A stretch of 63,796 nt of DNA, filler included, from Globobulimina sp. (GCA_003354225.1; 38 parts of 38 records of this genome joined end to end with filler, not necessarily neighbours in it), one strand, 5' to 3'. Positions 11,645 through 24,637 are shown, counted from the whole stretch's first letter. Made by a program: numbers and translations. The notes: generated by a model not told the origin, from the sequence alone.

Positions 11645-13861
11645 CTATTTGCACATTATTTGTAAATATTTATAAATATTANNNNNNNNNNNNNNNNNNN
11701 NNNNNNNNNNNNNNNNNNNNNNNNNTTAATTAATTAANNNNNNNNNNNNNNNNNNNNNNNNNNNNNNNNNNNNNNNNNNNNGACTTGTACATAGTTGAAT
11801 ATATGACTATAATTTGGTGGAAAAGTTCCTCCATACTTTATAGTCATATTATAGTCATATTATATATGATTCTGCGTCTTATAGGAGTTAACCCTGTAAT
11901 CAGATTTGATATAATTTATTCATCAAAGTGGTCTTACTCTAGAAATATAGGTGAACGCGGGCAATTTGTGGCGTGAAGCGAGAAACGATAGAAACGATAT
12001 AAAAAGTATGTACACAAATTCGTTTTTGTTATGTTATGTGGCATTGTATTGTATTATATTTGAACGTGTGAAACGTTTTAAATCCGGCCAGACAGTATCC
12101 ATGCTTGATTTCTAAATGTTAAGATTTAAGAGTCACTAAAACTGTGAGCTATTTGCATGAAGTCGGAACCTCAATGGCAGGCCTTTATAATTCTATCGCT
12201 ATGCCATTCACATTCCATTAATTGAAGCATTTTGCAATGGATATTCGCTTAATTCGCTTAATTCGGATCGACAGTAGTTTAATAGTGATTTGATCGGATC
12301 GGATTGTTTCGGATCGCATCGGATCGCAAATATATGTATTCATTCCCAAATATTGTAGCTAGCACATTCATGTTGTTCCAATTCAATTCAATTCATTCAT
12401 TCAATTGCATAAAATGTCATGCAAAATATTTCGTTCAATGTTGAAAAATCATACATTCAGATTTCAGACTGGCCGGCGATGCGCACAATATTTTATAATG
12501 CAGATAGAAGTGGCAACTAATTTTATTTCATTTTATTTGTGCAAATAGCCTGCTGCGAGTATTTGTGCAAAATTTATCGTAACGGATTTAATTGTTTAAT
12601 AATAATAAAAACACAATATATTCATTTCATTCATTTCCAATTGCAATTGCAATTAAAAATGCGTCCATCTCAATATTAAGCAAATATTAATGCACTTAAA
12701 TGAATATATTGAGGCCTTGGCAGCCTGATTGTGATTGTACTCCACGCTTTGTGGATTTCTATCACTTTCTAAGGCTACTTTGCCATTGACTATATATGTG
12801 AGACTGAAGAGTGTTTTGTTAACTAAGTTTTTGCTTACTTCACTTTTATACTGCTTTCTAAACTTATATTACTTCCTCGCACAATAAATATATTAGCAAG
12901 TCTCTACAGCTTGATTTATAAATGTTAGATTAAGAAAGTCAAGAAAAATGTGTGAGTTTAATTTTGCAAGTCTGAACATCATGGCAGTGGCTTTAGAATG
13001 AAAGAGCTGATTCATTCCCATTGCAATTTAATCAAATACAGAGCACATTGCACATCCCATCCATCCAAATAAATGCATGAAATAATAAAATTAAATTGAT
13101 ATCTATCTAAGCTGATTTATTCGATGAATCGCTTCATTTGGACACAAAATGTGATTGAAAATAATATGTTGCGGCTGCTATGGGCAATACCCATTTAATT
13201 GCAATGTTTACATGACATTCTGCCACAATATTGCTGAATGGAATGCAATACATTTTGTATCGGATTTGATAATAAATATTTGAATCCGCGTTTGTATGAT
13301 ATTGGTGTTACTGATTCACATGAAATAATTGACCATTGTTGGTTTGATTTATCGCTCGCAGATNNNNNNNNNNNNNNNNNNNNNNNNNNNNNNNNNNNNN
13401 NNNNNNNTTAATTAATTAANNNNNNNNNNNNNNNNNNNNNNNNNNNNNNNNNNNNNNNNNNNNCATTCACTAATAAGTTTTCAAAATGTTACTGTTTTAG
13501 CTGAGGTTCACATGGAGCATGGAGCTCTTTCACAATAACAAAAGGAACATAGATTATTGGAGAATTAATGGTCTATTATCATTATATAATTATTAGGATT
13601 AAAATAGAAGAAGATTTATGTATGGAAAACCAGCAGCAAGCGTAAACAATAAATATTGTTTTTCACAAACAAGACCGGGGCTAAACCCTTAAACAAAGTT
13701 TTCATGTCTCGGTTAAGAACATGGTGTTTATCTGCCTTGAGAACTGTTGCCTTTTCAAGTGAACCAATTCATCAGACATACTCCCAAATCTATGGTTTGA
13801 TTATTATCATCCCGAGGAATCCTTTTATTTATGGGCAAGCATTAAAAATACAATTCACTCA

Positions 13862-14884
13862 ATGTCCACACAAACAGGATCAGTTAATTGGACTCATGGT
13901 GTTCAATATCCATTACCTCCAATGAACAGATTAATCGAAAATATAATATTAATGGTAAACAAATTATTACATCTTGACACACAAACAACTGCTTTAACCA
14001 CCGTAGATATTGCGAATGAATTCAATATTAACAATATCGGCGCTTATTTTGAATCAGATTTTTGTGTGAATCTGAATACCGATGTTGTATATTGCATAAT
14101 CGCTGGAAATAAAGCAAATGAAGAAGACAGTTTAGTAATTATTCAAAATAGATTTGCTGCGATGACAACAAATCCAATCAAGTTTACGAATGGAACTATA
14201 AACAGAAAATATAGAATGACATTTGTGGATGACACCATTTATCTTTTTTTTATTTTCAGATCAATATTATCGAATTCATAAAAATTATCTCAAAACTGGC
14301 TATACAGAATATTTACAGTTTGATCATAAATGTTTAACGCTCCCATTGGATGTTGAAATTATGAGATTTGATTGGAATGAAGAATATATTTATTTTATTT
14401 ATTCGTGTTTGAAGAATGACAAAATATTGGTGAATGTTGGAATGATTGACATGAAAAATTTGAAGGATTGTCAGTTGATATGGATAAATATCTGTCATTG
14501 CAAAAGTTTTTTATTTTTAAACTGGCAGAAAATGATAGAATGGATTTGCAATACAGAAAATACGAAGGAATTATGATATGTGAAGGAAATGAGCAACATT
14601 CGATAATCATTAATTATGACACAAATGTTCTGATTGTGAATGATATGTTTTTATCTCCATTGATGTTTTGGAATGTATTGAAGAGAGGACATGTCAAATA
14701 TTGTTGGAGCTGGCTGGAAATGTTTGGAGATGCTATTTATAAAATAAATGTATTGTTATGTGGTGAAGATGAGATAATTCAAGCTACACTTCATATGCTG
14801 TCAAATAATTTCTATGTAGACTGGGAAATAAACGGTGTCCAACTTGAATTTGACCAGCTTTTAAATGTTTGTCCTGCGTTTTAA
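13862..14884 (+). pseudogene. Probable frameshifted or decayed coding sequence of unknown family
   Basis: Three overlapping + strand ORFs (13862-14281, 14223-14576, 14468-14884) hand over between frames without convincing introns. Confidence 0.35.
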
Positions 14885-15145
14885 GAGCTAGTCTAATTAG
14901 AGACTCTTGTACAATCTTTTTTGTTGTTAAGGGCGACTACAGGAGAGTGATTTGCCCAGAACTGGCTGCAAGTCGTCAAATTATTTAGGTTCAATTCCTT
15001 GTTTTTGGTTATTTTTCCAAATGTGCTCATTATTTCAATACAAATNNNNNNNNNNNNNNNNNNNNNNNNNNNNNNNNNNNNNNNNNNNNTTAATTAATTA
15101 ANNNNNNNNNNNNNNNNNNNNNNNNNNNNNNNNNNNNNNNNNNNN

Positions 15146-16727
15146 GTAAAGCAACATGACAATAACAACGAAAACAAAAACAACCAAAATGTAAACAGTA
15201 AAGCATCGGAAAAAAATGTGCAAACTCCAAAATCCAATAAACTATCAAAATCGTCATCGTTTAGAAGATTATCAATGTCGCAATATTCCGCTTCAAGCAA
15301 CAAAACGAGATCGTGTTTATTATCACCATTTGGCTCAAAAACCAAAAAAAAATCCACAAAAATCGCATCAGATCTGAGCAATCATAATAAAAATACCTTC
15401 AATTTCGGGGACGACACACATTTAAAAAAAGATAATATGAAATTACACGAAAATAATATGAATTTAAACAAAGAACTCGAATCATCAAAGAAAGAAAACA
15501 AAGAGTTATCAAAGAAATATTTTCAATTAAAACACGATTTTAATACAAAACAAGAAGAATTTCAAAAAGAAATATCAAACAAATATAAGAAAAGCGAGAC
15601 CGTTTTGAAGATAGAAATTGAATCAAATAAAGAAAATATACGCAAATATGAAGAAGAAATAAGATATAATAATGACGAAATCAACGAATATAAAAAGGCA
15701 TTAATCCAATTGCAAGAGGAAAATAATAAATTTTCGGTGCAGTTACAAGACATCGATGCCATAAATGACACAAAATTGCGTCACTTAAGAGACGATTTAG
15801 ATATTGCCCAACATCAAAGTGGCAAATATTTTGAAGTGGAAAAACAAGTGAAAACATACAAGATACGGTTGGAATCAATGAATGATTTACAAGATGAACT
15901 GACAAAATATAAGACATTATATGCCCAGAAATGTGATGCAATGAATGATTTAGAGTTAAAAATGAAAATTATACCGAGTTTAAAACAACAAATTGAGAAA
16001 TATAAAAAACAAATGATTGAATATAAAGTAGCATCGATTGGTGCCATTGGTGTTGGCCATACATTGCACGATAAACAAATTGCGAATAAATTGGCAAATT
16101 TGGAAGAAAGTGTTGTTAAATTAAATCAAGAAAATGAGGAATTGAATAATAAATTAAAAACATCACGGATAGAGATTATCGATTTGCAGTCAAAAAATCG
16201 CAATCAATCAAATGATAATATTGCTTTTTTGGGCTCGACTGAGAATAACAACGCTTTTTTGGGTGGAATCACACCCGAATTACAATCAAAAATTTCTAAA
16301 TTACAATCCGAGAATAAAAGATTGCACTCATTGGCCAACAGTAAACATACAATGAATGATTTAATGGACGAATTAGATACAAAAACGCGGTTATTACAGA
16401 GCACGGAAACGAAATATGAGAAAACGCAGAAAATATTGAACAGCGTCAGCGAAGAATTAGAAACTATGAAAACTACGACAGCGGCATGGATGAGGAATAG
16501 CTGTTCGCCGCAACAGTACGACAACACATTGAAGCAATTGAAAGATTTGGAGGGGAATGTAAACGAAAAAAATAAATACATCGACCAATTGCGAGAGGAT
16601 AACATCTCATCGACAGCGAAAATAAAAGAATACGAAAACGAATTGAATCGAACTAAGCAACGATACAGAGACTTATATGAATATACAGAGAAACAAAAGA
16701 TGAGATTGGGTGAATATAAGAAGGCCA
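15146..16727 (+). CDS. HOOK: Hook-family coiled-coil dynein adaptor, internal fragment
   Basis: Long coiled coil; LRDDLDIAQHQSGK...VKTYKIRLESMNDL and ITPELQSKISKLQSENKRL resemble conserved Hook segments. Confidence 0.7.
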
Positions 16728-16827
16728 NNNNNNNNNNNNNNNNNNNNNNNNNNNNNNNNNNNNNNNNNNNNTTAATTAATTAANNNNNNNNNNNNNNNNN
16801 NNNNNNNNNNNNNNNNNNNNNNNNNNN

Positions 16828-16890
16828 CTAGGATTCGAAACCTAGGTCAACTTCGAATACTAGGTTGAAAACCACTCTAGCTAACCCAAA
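16828..16890 (-). other. tRNA-like / Pol III promoter-like segment (SINE head or degenerate tRNA), truncated by the contig end
   Basis: Minus strand has A-box-like TAGCTAGAGTGG and a T-arm-like hairpin CTAGG-TTTCGAAT-CCTAG; D and anticodon arms do not pair canonically. Confidence 0.3.
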
Positions 16891-16964
16891 AACCTTGCCA
16901 ATCACAAAAGAAGTGTTTAGAAGTTTAAGCCTAAAAAGTCAAATATCCTTAAACATGTACCAAT

Positions 16965-17720
16965 TTGGTAGGCTTTTTACAGATGCAGCGCGACAATGAC
17001 AATAAATGCATGACTTTCTTAAATAATATTATTGGCATTGATTGGTTGAATGAAATGGATTTAAACAACCATGATTTTAATTTATTAATACGGATATTAT
17101 ATGGGTTACCATTGATGGATAAGCACAGTGAAATAGTCTGTAACCAATGTCACAAGAAAATACATAGTAAAAATGTTTTGGAGCATATGAATAAATGTAG
17201 ATTTGTGACGAGAGCCCATCATTTTAGGCACGATAAAATCGCCTATTATTTATTTAAATTGTTTGAGAATGAATTTGATGACGCAACGTGGAAAAGCATG
17301 GGAAAACCAGATATTTGGGTTAATAATTCGATTGAATACGAAAAGGATAAATTTAGCAAATTAATATTGGATGTTGTTATTAGTGATATTTATAGCGACG
17401 AAAATAAATTAAATACGGAAAATGAGAATATATCACATTTTATGGCGGGAAAAATTGGAGAAAGAAACAAGTATTTAAACTATGAAAATAAATTCGAAGC
17501 GGACTTATTAAACGGATACAAATTCGTTCCATTAGCTTTTGACAGTTTTGGTGGAATAAGCAAGAATGTAAAGAAAATATGTAATGCAGCATTAGAATAC
17601 AAAGCAGAGAGATTAAAGCAGGATATTATGATTTTAAAGAATAATTTTTATGCAAAATTTGCAATATTTATGAAGAAGAATATAATTAAAACATTAAAAA
17701 ATCACTTTACATTAAAGTAA
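16965..17720 (+). mobile_element. 3' end of a restriction-like-endonuclease non-LTR retrotransposon (CRE/R2-type)
   Basis: CCHC knuckle CNQC...H...C, RHD, KPDI, LDVVI, KYLNY, FVPLAFDSFGG in canonical RLE order. Confidence 0.85.
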
Positions 17721-18689
17721 TTCTTCCGGATAACCAACTTCGTTTTTGATGGTTGTGTTTTATATGTTTTGTTATGTTTAGTTTAGCAACCAATTCAATG
17801 TTTGTTTTGTTTTTGTTTGTGTGAGTTTTATGTATTGATTGGTATGCTTTGTTTTTTGTGTGTATCTACGGCGAAATGTTTGTGTTTATTTCGTTGTATA
17901 TACAAAACGTTTGACAATAGTATTTATGAGTGGCGCTACTTATTTATATTTTTAATACGAGCACAAGATTTTAAGAAAACATTAGAATGCTGGAACAGAA
18001 ACGTTTGCTTCGATCGATATGCTCGATGCTATACTTATTTATAATTATAGGTATATATTTATTATTTTCTTTGGCATCCGGGAAAGATATATCATTTCGA
18101 TCTCACTCAACTTTGCTTATCAATACCTGGTGAATATATATCAGTCGTTGGGACAGCGGATAGCCATATAAATGTAAAAAATGGTTAACTGAATCAGATT
18201 GGGATGATTATATGAGTCAATATTTGAAAATTTCGAGAAAATAAAATTCAAATATGGAGCTGTGCAGATTCGTAAACATATATTTTCAGCCAAAAAGGAT
18301 CGACTTCTCTCTTGAGATTGGATTGGAAAGATGGCAATTATCAAAATGGTAACATTATTTTAAGGATAATAATAGATCGAAAAAGTTATCAGATTATGAA
18401 AAATCTTTGNNNNNNNNNNNNNNNNNNNNNNNNNNNNNNNNNNNNNNNNNNNNTTAATTAATTAANNNNNNNNNNNNNNNNNNNNNNNNNNNNNNNNNNN
18501 NNNNNNNNNGAATAAGAGAAACACAGGTATTCAATGAATACAATTTTGGTTCAAAAATTACACATTCAAACATAAGGGATCCAAAAATACAAAATCCAAA
18601 TAAAATAAACAACATATTAAATAATTTGTATATTTATGAAATATGCGTTTAAAGTATAAATACGTACATAGACGAACAATATGATGAGA

Positions 18690-19769
18690 TCAATTGACTT
18701 GGTCTCTGAATAAATATGCCAATGTTTTTGCGACAGCAAAGGCAGCAGTGACTTTGAGAGAATTTTTTATACTGATTTCTTTGGCAAATATTTTAACCAA
18801 AAATGGATAAACCACCACATAGTTCAATAAATAAAGTAGTTTTAACGATAACTCTTCCATTTGAATGGCATAAATTCTTTTTTTAAATGAATGATATTTT
18901 GTGGTGGCGGAAGAACCGGCCATTACGAGCTCAACAAATGGTATGGCGCCCATTATCAAATAAATAACATTTTCTATTTCGTCCATTACTGAATCAGCTT
19001 CGACTATTTCTGTCAAATCGATCCAAATCCAAAAGACTACAGCACACAATTTACATTTTAAAGCATATTCTAATAACTTAATACTTGATTAAACTGCGAC
19101 CGAAATGTTTGATATTCCTTGCAAACGGATCCAAAATCAACCTGTCAGCATATCACATTTACTGTATATTATAGTATATAATACAAAAAACATTCACATT
19201 CAAACCTCTTTGTCCGTTTCTATAATCTGCTCCAAATGGGAAATAAATATACCACCTTTGCAGTAATAAATGGATAAAATAAGTTGAGACAAAAATAATG
19301 GAACATCGACCAATGCGTAATAGCTGATAGACCTACTCAAATAAAGCAAATCCAGCAAAACAGTATCATCACTTATCGATAATTTGATGATTTTCACGAG
19401 AATCAGTGTAATAATACACAATATGAGTACAGATAATAATACTTGCATTCGAAGATTAGCCTTCTTCGTGATTTTATTGTAATCATTGGATTTTAATGTA
19501 TCGCCTTCAATGTTGACTGTACGTAATGTGCGGAAATCAAAGCATTTCCAGAAATAAAAAAGGCTAATACACGCAGCACCGGTTTGAAGAAGCATGGCAA
19601 TAAGATATACTACGGGATATAATCCAAACCCATAGGAAAAATTAGGTACAGTATAACTATAACACAAACCAAGGACGCCGGTCGTAGCGCAACAAAGGAA
19701 TAATATGCTGAACGGATGGTTGCGTTTTGTGATATTGCGAATTGCAACAGTTGTTGCCCAACGCAACAC
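18690..19769 (-). pseudogene. Multi-TM membrane protein, possibly 7TM ion-channel (gustatory-receptor-like) fold; probable intron 19142-19205 and apparent frameshift near 19085
   Basis: Two hydrophobic ORFs separated by a 64-nt GT-AG segment; the spliced frame stops soon after; C-terminus LLYLLNYVVVYPFLVKIFAKEISIKNSLKVTAAF. Confidence 0.45.
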
Positions 19770-20704
19770 TTTTTTTAGGCAAAAAGTAAAATACGAGGGA
19801 CTAATTGAAAGACAGAAAGGTGCAAAGGGGATACCCTTACGTTAATGAGCCAATCTCACAATCTCATATTGACCGCATGTTTTTCTATTTATGGCCTGGA
19901 AATTGCACAAATGAGCACGAATGACAACGGCGACTCACTCTTTAATGCAAACTACTCTCAAAAGAAGCTCCGCTATGACCCATCTTAATTTACGCCAGAA
20001 AATGATTTGCTGCTTTTCCCTGCATCTCACTTTCTATGTTGTATATGGAATCACATTTCTCATAGATTTCAATATATTCAGTGAGGATATCNNNNNNNNN
20101 NNNNNNNNNNNNNNNNNNNNNNNNNNNNNNNNNNNTTAATTAATTAANNNNNNNNNNNNNNNNNNNNNNNNNNNNNNNNNNNNNNNNNNNNCGCGCTCCA
20201 TCCAACTCACGTATTTCATGCATAGTTTCTCCTCCTCCCACACAGTGTGCACGTCTTCGCGCGTCAATTCTATCAATTCGTTGTAATTCTGAGGTTTGGT
20301 TTTAATGCGACCCTACATTTTGTTTTAAATATCGATATATTGCGTTATTGTTATTTGTTGCATGCAGTTATTACATAATTTTGGTGATTGGGAACTTGAT
20401 GGTTTGGATGTGGATTGCGATTGCGAGTGCGAAATTTAAATCAGTGTTCTTAGACACTGACAGATAGTATGATATGACGTTAAGTATGAATTAATAACTT
20501 ATTATTGGATGTTAAATTAAAGGTAAAATACAGAATAAATACAAACACATTTTTTCTCTGTATATTAATCCCAAAAAAAAAATAAAACATAAAAAATAAA
20601 ACGCGATTTAATGTAAATTTATAATAAGAATCCTGAAACGTACTGTTTAGACAATATTTGAAAACAGGTAATATAAAATAGTAGCTACGAATACAGCGCA
20701 AATT

Positions 20705-20893
20705 TTAATTTTTCCATATGGCTACGAATACAGCGCACATTGTGACAATGGCTCCAATGCCAACCAACAAGACAATATTTTTAATGTATTCTAACCATGC
20801 TTTGAATTCATAGTATGCATAGAAGCCTGCACCGAAAATGACAAATATTACGCATAGCGAAATTGAAAGAATTTCTTTGATTGTGTGACTCAT
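20705..20893 (-). CDS. Small two-TM hypothetical protein (62 aa)
   Basis: ATG to TAA ORF with two hydrophobic stretches. Confidence 0.35.
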   Translation of the reverse strand: MSHTIKEILSISLCVIFVIFGAGFYAYYEFKAWLEYIKNIVLLVGIGAIVTMCAVFVAIWKN

Positions 20894-20985
20894 TGTCTGT
20901 GTTGCGCTAAAAAACTAAAGTGAGTACAAAAAAACTAATAGTAGTGGTGCAAGATTCAATCAGGACGCAAGTGGTTTTTAAATAA

Positions 20986-21476
20986 AGTGAGTACAAACAA
21001 TGGTTTATTAACACTATGTTCCACAATGCACACAAACCGGCGAGATTGGCTTTTGTCGACTTATTGTTAGCCATCGTACACTATCAAAGTGTGAATGATA
21101 GGGAGTATTATGCGCAGTTTGTGAGCAATATATCTGTGCTAAACAGCGCCATGAATGGGGATAACATCTATGAGGACAACATGGATCTAAATAATCCCTA
21201 TTTAGGCTGGCCAAATATTGATGAAAATGAAGAGAAAGGCATGGGAAATATTATAGCGGGGTTGGACTCAGATAAATATTGCTGTGCTCGCTTCATTGTC
21301 GCTATGTTCCGTTTCTTGCATTTATCACCGAAATTCCATCGGAGTTATGAAGAATTCTTCAAATTATTATTGGGCATCGCGCACAAATCCTGGCATGAAC
21401 GCTATTTGTTGATCAATTTGGGCTGTATACGGAGCATTGTCGCCTTTTATTTGAATGATTCGCCCATTCTACATTA
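20986..21476 (+). CDS. Exon resembling the C-terminal helical region of USP9X/USP24/USP34-type deubiquitinases
   Basis: EEFFKLLLGIAHKSWHERYLLINLGCIRSIVAFYLNDSP pattern; ends at a GTAAAT donor at 21477, so the ORF-track TAG is probably not the real stop. Confidence 0.45.
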
Positions 21477-21773
21477 GTAAATATCTTGAAATTAAACATT
21501 TGACATCATGACTGTCCATGATGTCAGTGGTAAATATCTTAATTAAAAATAAACATTTGACATCATGACTGTCCATATGTCAGTGGTAAATATCTTAATT
21601 AAAAATAAACATTTGACATCATGACTGTCCATATGTCAGTGGTAAATATCTTGAAAATAAACATTTGTGTGGTAAATATCTTGAAATTAAACATTTGACA
21701 TCATGACTGTCCATGATGTCAGTGGTAAATATCTTGAAATTAAACATTTGACATCATGACTGCCCATGATGTC
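21477..21773. repeat. Minisatellite with about 53-56 bp units, most carrying a 10-bp-stem hairpin
   Basis: Six GTAAATATCTT unit starts; TGACATCATG-ACTGTC-CATGATGTCA at 21501-21526 and variants; one unit internally deleted. Confidence 0.95.
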
Positions 21774-21873
21774 NNNNNNNNNNNNNNNNNNNNNNNNNNN
21801 NNNNNNNNNNNNNNNNNTTAATTAATTAANNNNNNNNNNNNNNNNNNNNNNNNNNNNNNNNNNNNNNNNNNNN

Positions 21874-23190
21874 GGATGGCACAGGAAAAACGATGCTGAA
21901 TATACCAAGCAACAAAGCCATGATGTGATTGCAGCGACGTCCGACGTAAATATCAAGGACAGAATGGCTGCCTTGTCATCGGAGAGCGACTTGAATGAAA
22001 AGTTGGATGGGATGAAGAAAGAGAGGGAAAAGGATATCAAAACGCTAGATTCAGAACAAAAGCAACAAGCAACAGAGGTATTGACACAATATGCAGACGC
22101 CAAAGCTGCGCATATCAAAGATATAAATGCATTGAATGCGGAAATCAAAGATATAAATAAATCCAATGCGGTATCAAAAATGATAAATTTAGGGTTAATG
22201 TCGCATATTTATGTGAAGCAGGATGTATTTGAACGATATTCCGCAATGAATACGTATTCGAATATGTTATTGGATGGAGATAGTAATGAGATGCATGCGA
22301 ATGATGCGGAATATACACAAATGTATGTGTTGAATATGATGAATAGTGCGTTGTTAACAAAGTTAACGGCGGAACAACAAATTGAATTTGAGCAATTATT
22401 GCTGTATTCGTTGGAAACTGCGAATAAAATATATGTGGTTGAGCTAAGCCGGTCGAATTTAGATAATGCGTTGTTAGAAAAAATAATCAATGTTTTGATC
22501 CAACGGAGTCAGACGGAAAACGTTTTTGGTCCTGAAATATTTCATTGTGAGTCAAATAATATAACAGATACAGGCATGGAAAATATTATTAATTATATTG
22601 CTGAAAATGATAAAGATTTGAAAGTCATAAAAGCCGGACACATGTTTACGACCATCAGCAGTATGACTTGTAAAGTCTGTGGAGAAGTTTTGGAGGAAAA
22701 AAATAAATATTTGTTGAAATTTTCCATTGATATTCAATGGCCGCAATATCAAACGACAATTGATAGAGTATTGAATGCAAATAATAGTATGTTTAGAGAG
22801 GAGAGGAATAAAAAAATAAAATTGGCTGAGATTGTGGTCGTGGATGAGAGCAAAGAGAATGTTGAAGTTGTTGTTGTGGCAGAACCGGCAGTAAAAATAC
22901 AGGAAACAATTGGAATGGAAACAGAAACGGAAATATGTACAGATGTGATTTCAGATAATAATGATGTTGCAGCAGCAGCACAAGTGGCACCGCCTGTTGA
23001 TGATACTGTTGTGGTGGATATGGACGAAAAAAGTCCATTTGTTAATGTAAACAATGATGAAATTAAGACAGAGAGTGTAGGGAATGATGTTAATGTAAAT
23101 GAGGTGGATACAGAGATTGTAATTAATGATTATAATAATGATGGATTACAAGTGAATGAGAATGCATTTTATTCAAAATACACATTTTAA
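21874..23190 (+). CDS. Coiled-coil protein with tropomodulin-like LRR cap domain and acidic tail, 5' partial
   Basis: ESNNITDTGM...LLKFSIDIQWPQYQTTIDRVLNANNSMFREER parallels tropomodulin ESNFI...LLKFG...NNDLVRKRR. Confidence 0.6.
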   Translation, partial: GWHRKNDAEYTKQQSHDVIAATSDVNIKDRMAALSSESDLNEKLDGMKKEREKDIKTLDSEQKQQATEVLTQYADAKAAHIKDINALNAEIKDINKSNAVSKMINLGLMSHIYVKQDVFERYSAMNTYSNMLLDGDSNEMHANDAEYTQMYVLNMMNSALLTKLTAEQQIEFEQLLLYSLETANKIYVVELSRSNLDNALLEKIINVLIQRSQTENVFGPEIFHCESNNITDTGMENIINYIAENDKDLKVIKAGHMFTTISSMTCKVCGEVLEEKNKYLLKFSIDIQWPQYQTTIDRVLNANNSMFREERNKKIKLAEIVVVDESKENVEVVVVAEPAVKIQETIGMETETEICTDVISDNNDVAAAAQVAPPVDDTVVVDMDEKSPFVNVNNDEIKTESVGNDVNVNEVDTEIVINDYNNDGLQVNENAFYSKYTF

Positions 23191-23669
23191 TATGTTCGAT
23201 GTTGGTGTTCATCATCAGCAGCAACACAAAAAAAACATGTGTGAAAGTGCAAGGATATATGTTATTTTTTGTGAATGTTTATTTATTTTTTGTAATATCT
23301 GGTATTGGTGCTTATATAAGTCACGTTACTCATTCTTGTGTGTGTTGTTAAGATTCTGTAATATAAAAAAAATGAAAATACTTATTGAACTGATTGCATT
23401 TTTGAGAACTGTTTGATAAGTTTTTGAAAAAATCAGTACTTATCGGAAAGCCCTANNNNNNNNNNNNNNNNNNNNNNNNNNNNNNNNNNNNNNNNNNNNT
23501 TAATTAATTAANNNNNNNNNNNNNNNNNNNNNNNNNNNNNNNNNNNNNNNNNNNNAAGAGTTATTGCCCATGGTCAGCATACTTAGTTACAAAGTGAAGC
23601 ACTCAAATGTTAGTAAAAATAGAAAATTTAAATGTTGATTGAAGAAATGAACTAAAAGCAAAAACCCTA

Positions 23670-24637
23670 ATGCAGCACTTCCAACGTGATCAGCAATCAA
23701 ATGTTTTGTTATCTAATGCTTCCAATGAATTGAATGACACAGAAATAACCAAATGGTACTGCGACGTATCAAATTGGTTGAGAATATTCATTATTTTGGG
23801 ATTATCCGCATTAATAACACTGGCTATCATATTTAATGAAATAACAATTGAATTATTCACATCGTTTTTAGAGTGGATGAAGGAAAACATATGGATTGGT
23901 TCCGCAGCATTCATCTCCATCTATACGTGCTGCACTGTCGTAATGATCCCTGGCTCTATTTTAACATTGGGTGCAGGCTTTGTGTATGTCGACATTCTAG
24001 GAACAGCTATCGGAGTCTTATTTGCTACTGCAATCGTGTGGATATCTGCCAGTATCGGGGCTACACTGAGCTTCATTAATGGCAGATATTTAGCAAGAAA
24101 ATGGGTTGTGTCATATGCTAAAAAGTATGATAAATTTGCAATCATTGAAATGATCGTCAAAGAATATGGCTTTTCCGTGACATTTTGGTTGCGATTATCA
24201 AGTATTACACCGTACAATGTGTTTAATTATTTTATGGGCCTCACCAGTGTCAAATTAATGGACTATATACTTGCTCATATTGGCATGGTATGATATTATA
24301 TATTATTAAGTTTGTGGCATATTTTGTGATATTTTCTAATCAGATCCCAGACGTTGCAGTGTATTGTTTCATTGGAGGGAGTATCTCTGAAATGATTGAT
24401 ATCGCAGAGACTGGCTTGTCTGACCATGTCGGTTTTATTGTAGTTCTTGCTCTAACTCTGATTATCTCAGTGATTGGGATGATTTTCATCAGTTATTACG
24501 CCAAGAAAAAATGGGATAAAATGGTGGAAGAAGTAACTCATAAAAGAACGGAGTCGCTGTCATTTGGTGAGGATGAGCTGACGTCGGAGATGGAAGTAGT
24601 GAATGTTGACCAGTCTGCAGAATATGCAAGTCTTTGA
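23670..24637 (+). CDS. TVP38/TMEM64 (VTT/DedA superfamily) membrane protein; exons 23670-24287 and 24344-24637
   Basis: IPGSILTLGAGF, GATLSFINGRY, LRLSSITPYNVFNY; a 56-nt GT-AG intron restores GM|IPD. Confidence 0.92.

Noticed and set aside
11782-13363. Functional element in the ORF-free contig (GATCG and ATTCA micro-repeats)
   Set aside because: Only short slippage-type repeats; no supportable RNA gene or coding frame
14930-15000. tRNA gene suggested by AGGTTCAATTCCT
   Set aside because: Only a 3-bp T-stem; no acceptor, D or anticodon arm could be folded
21477-21773. CRISPR array (palindromic repeats at regular spacing)
   Set aside because: Intervening sequences are near-identical rather than unique spacers; no cas genes; eukaryotic context
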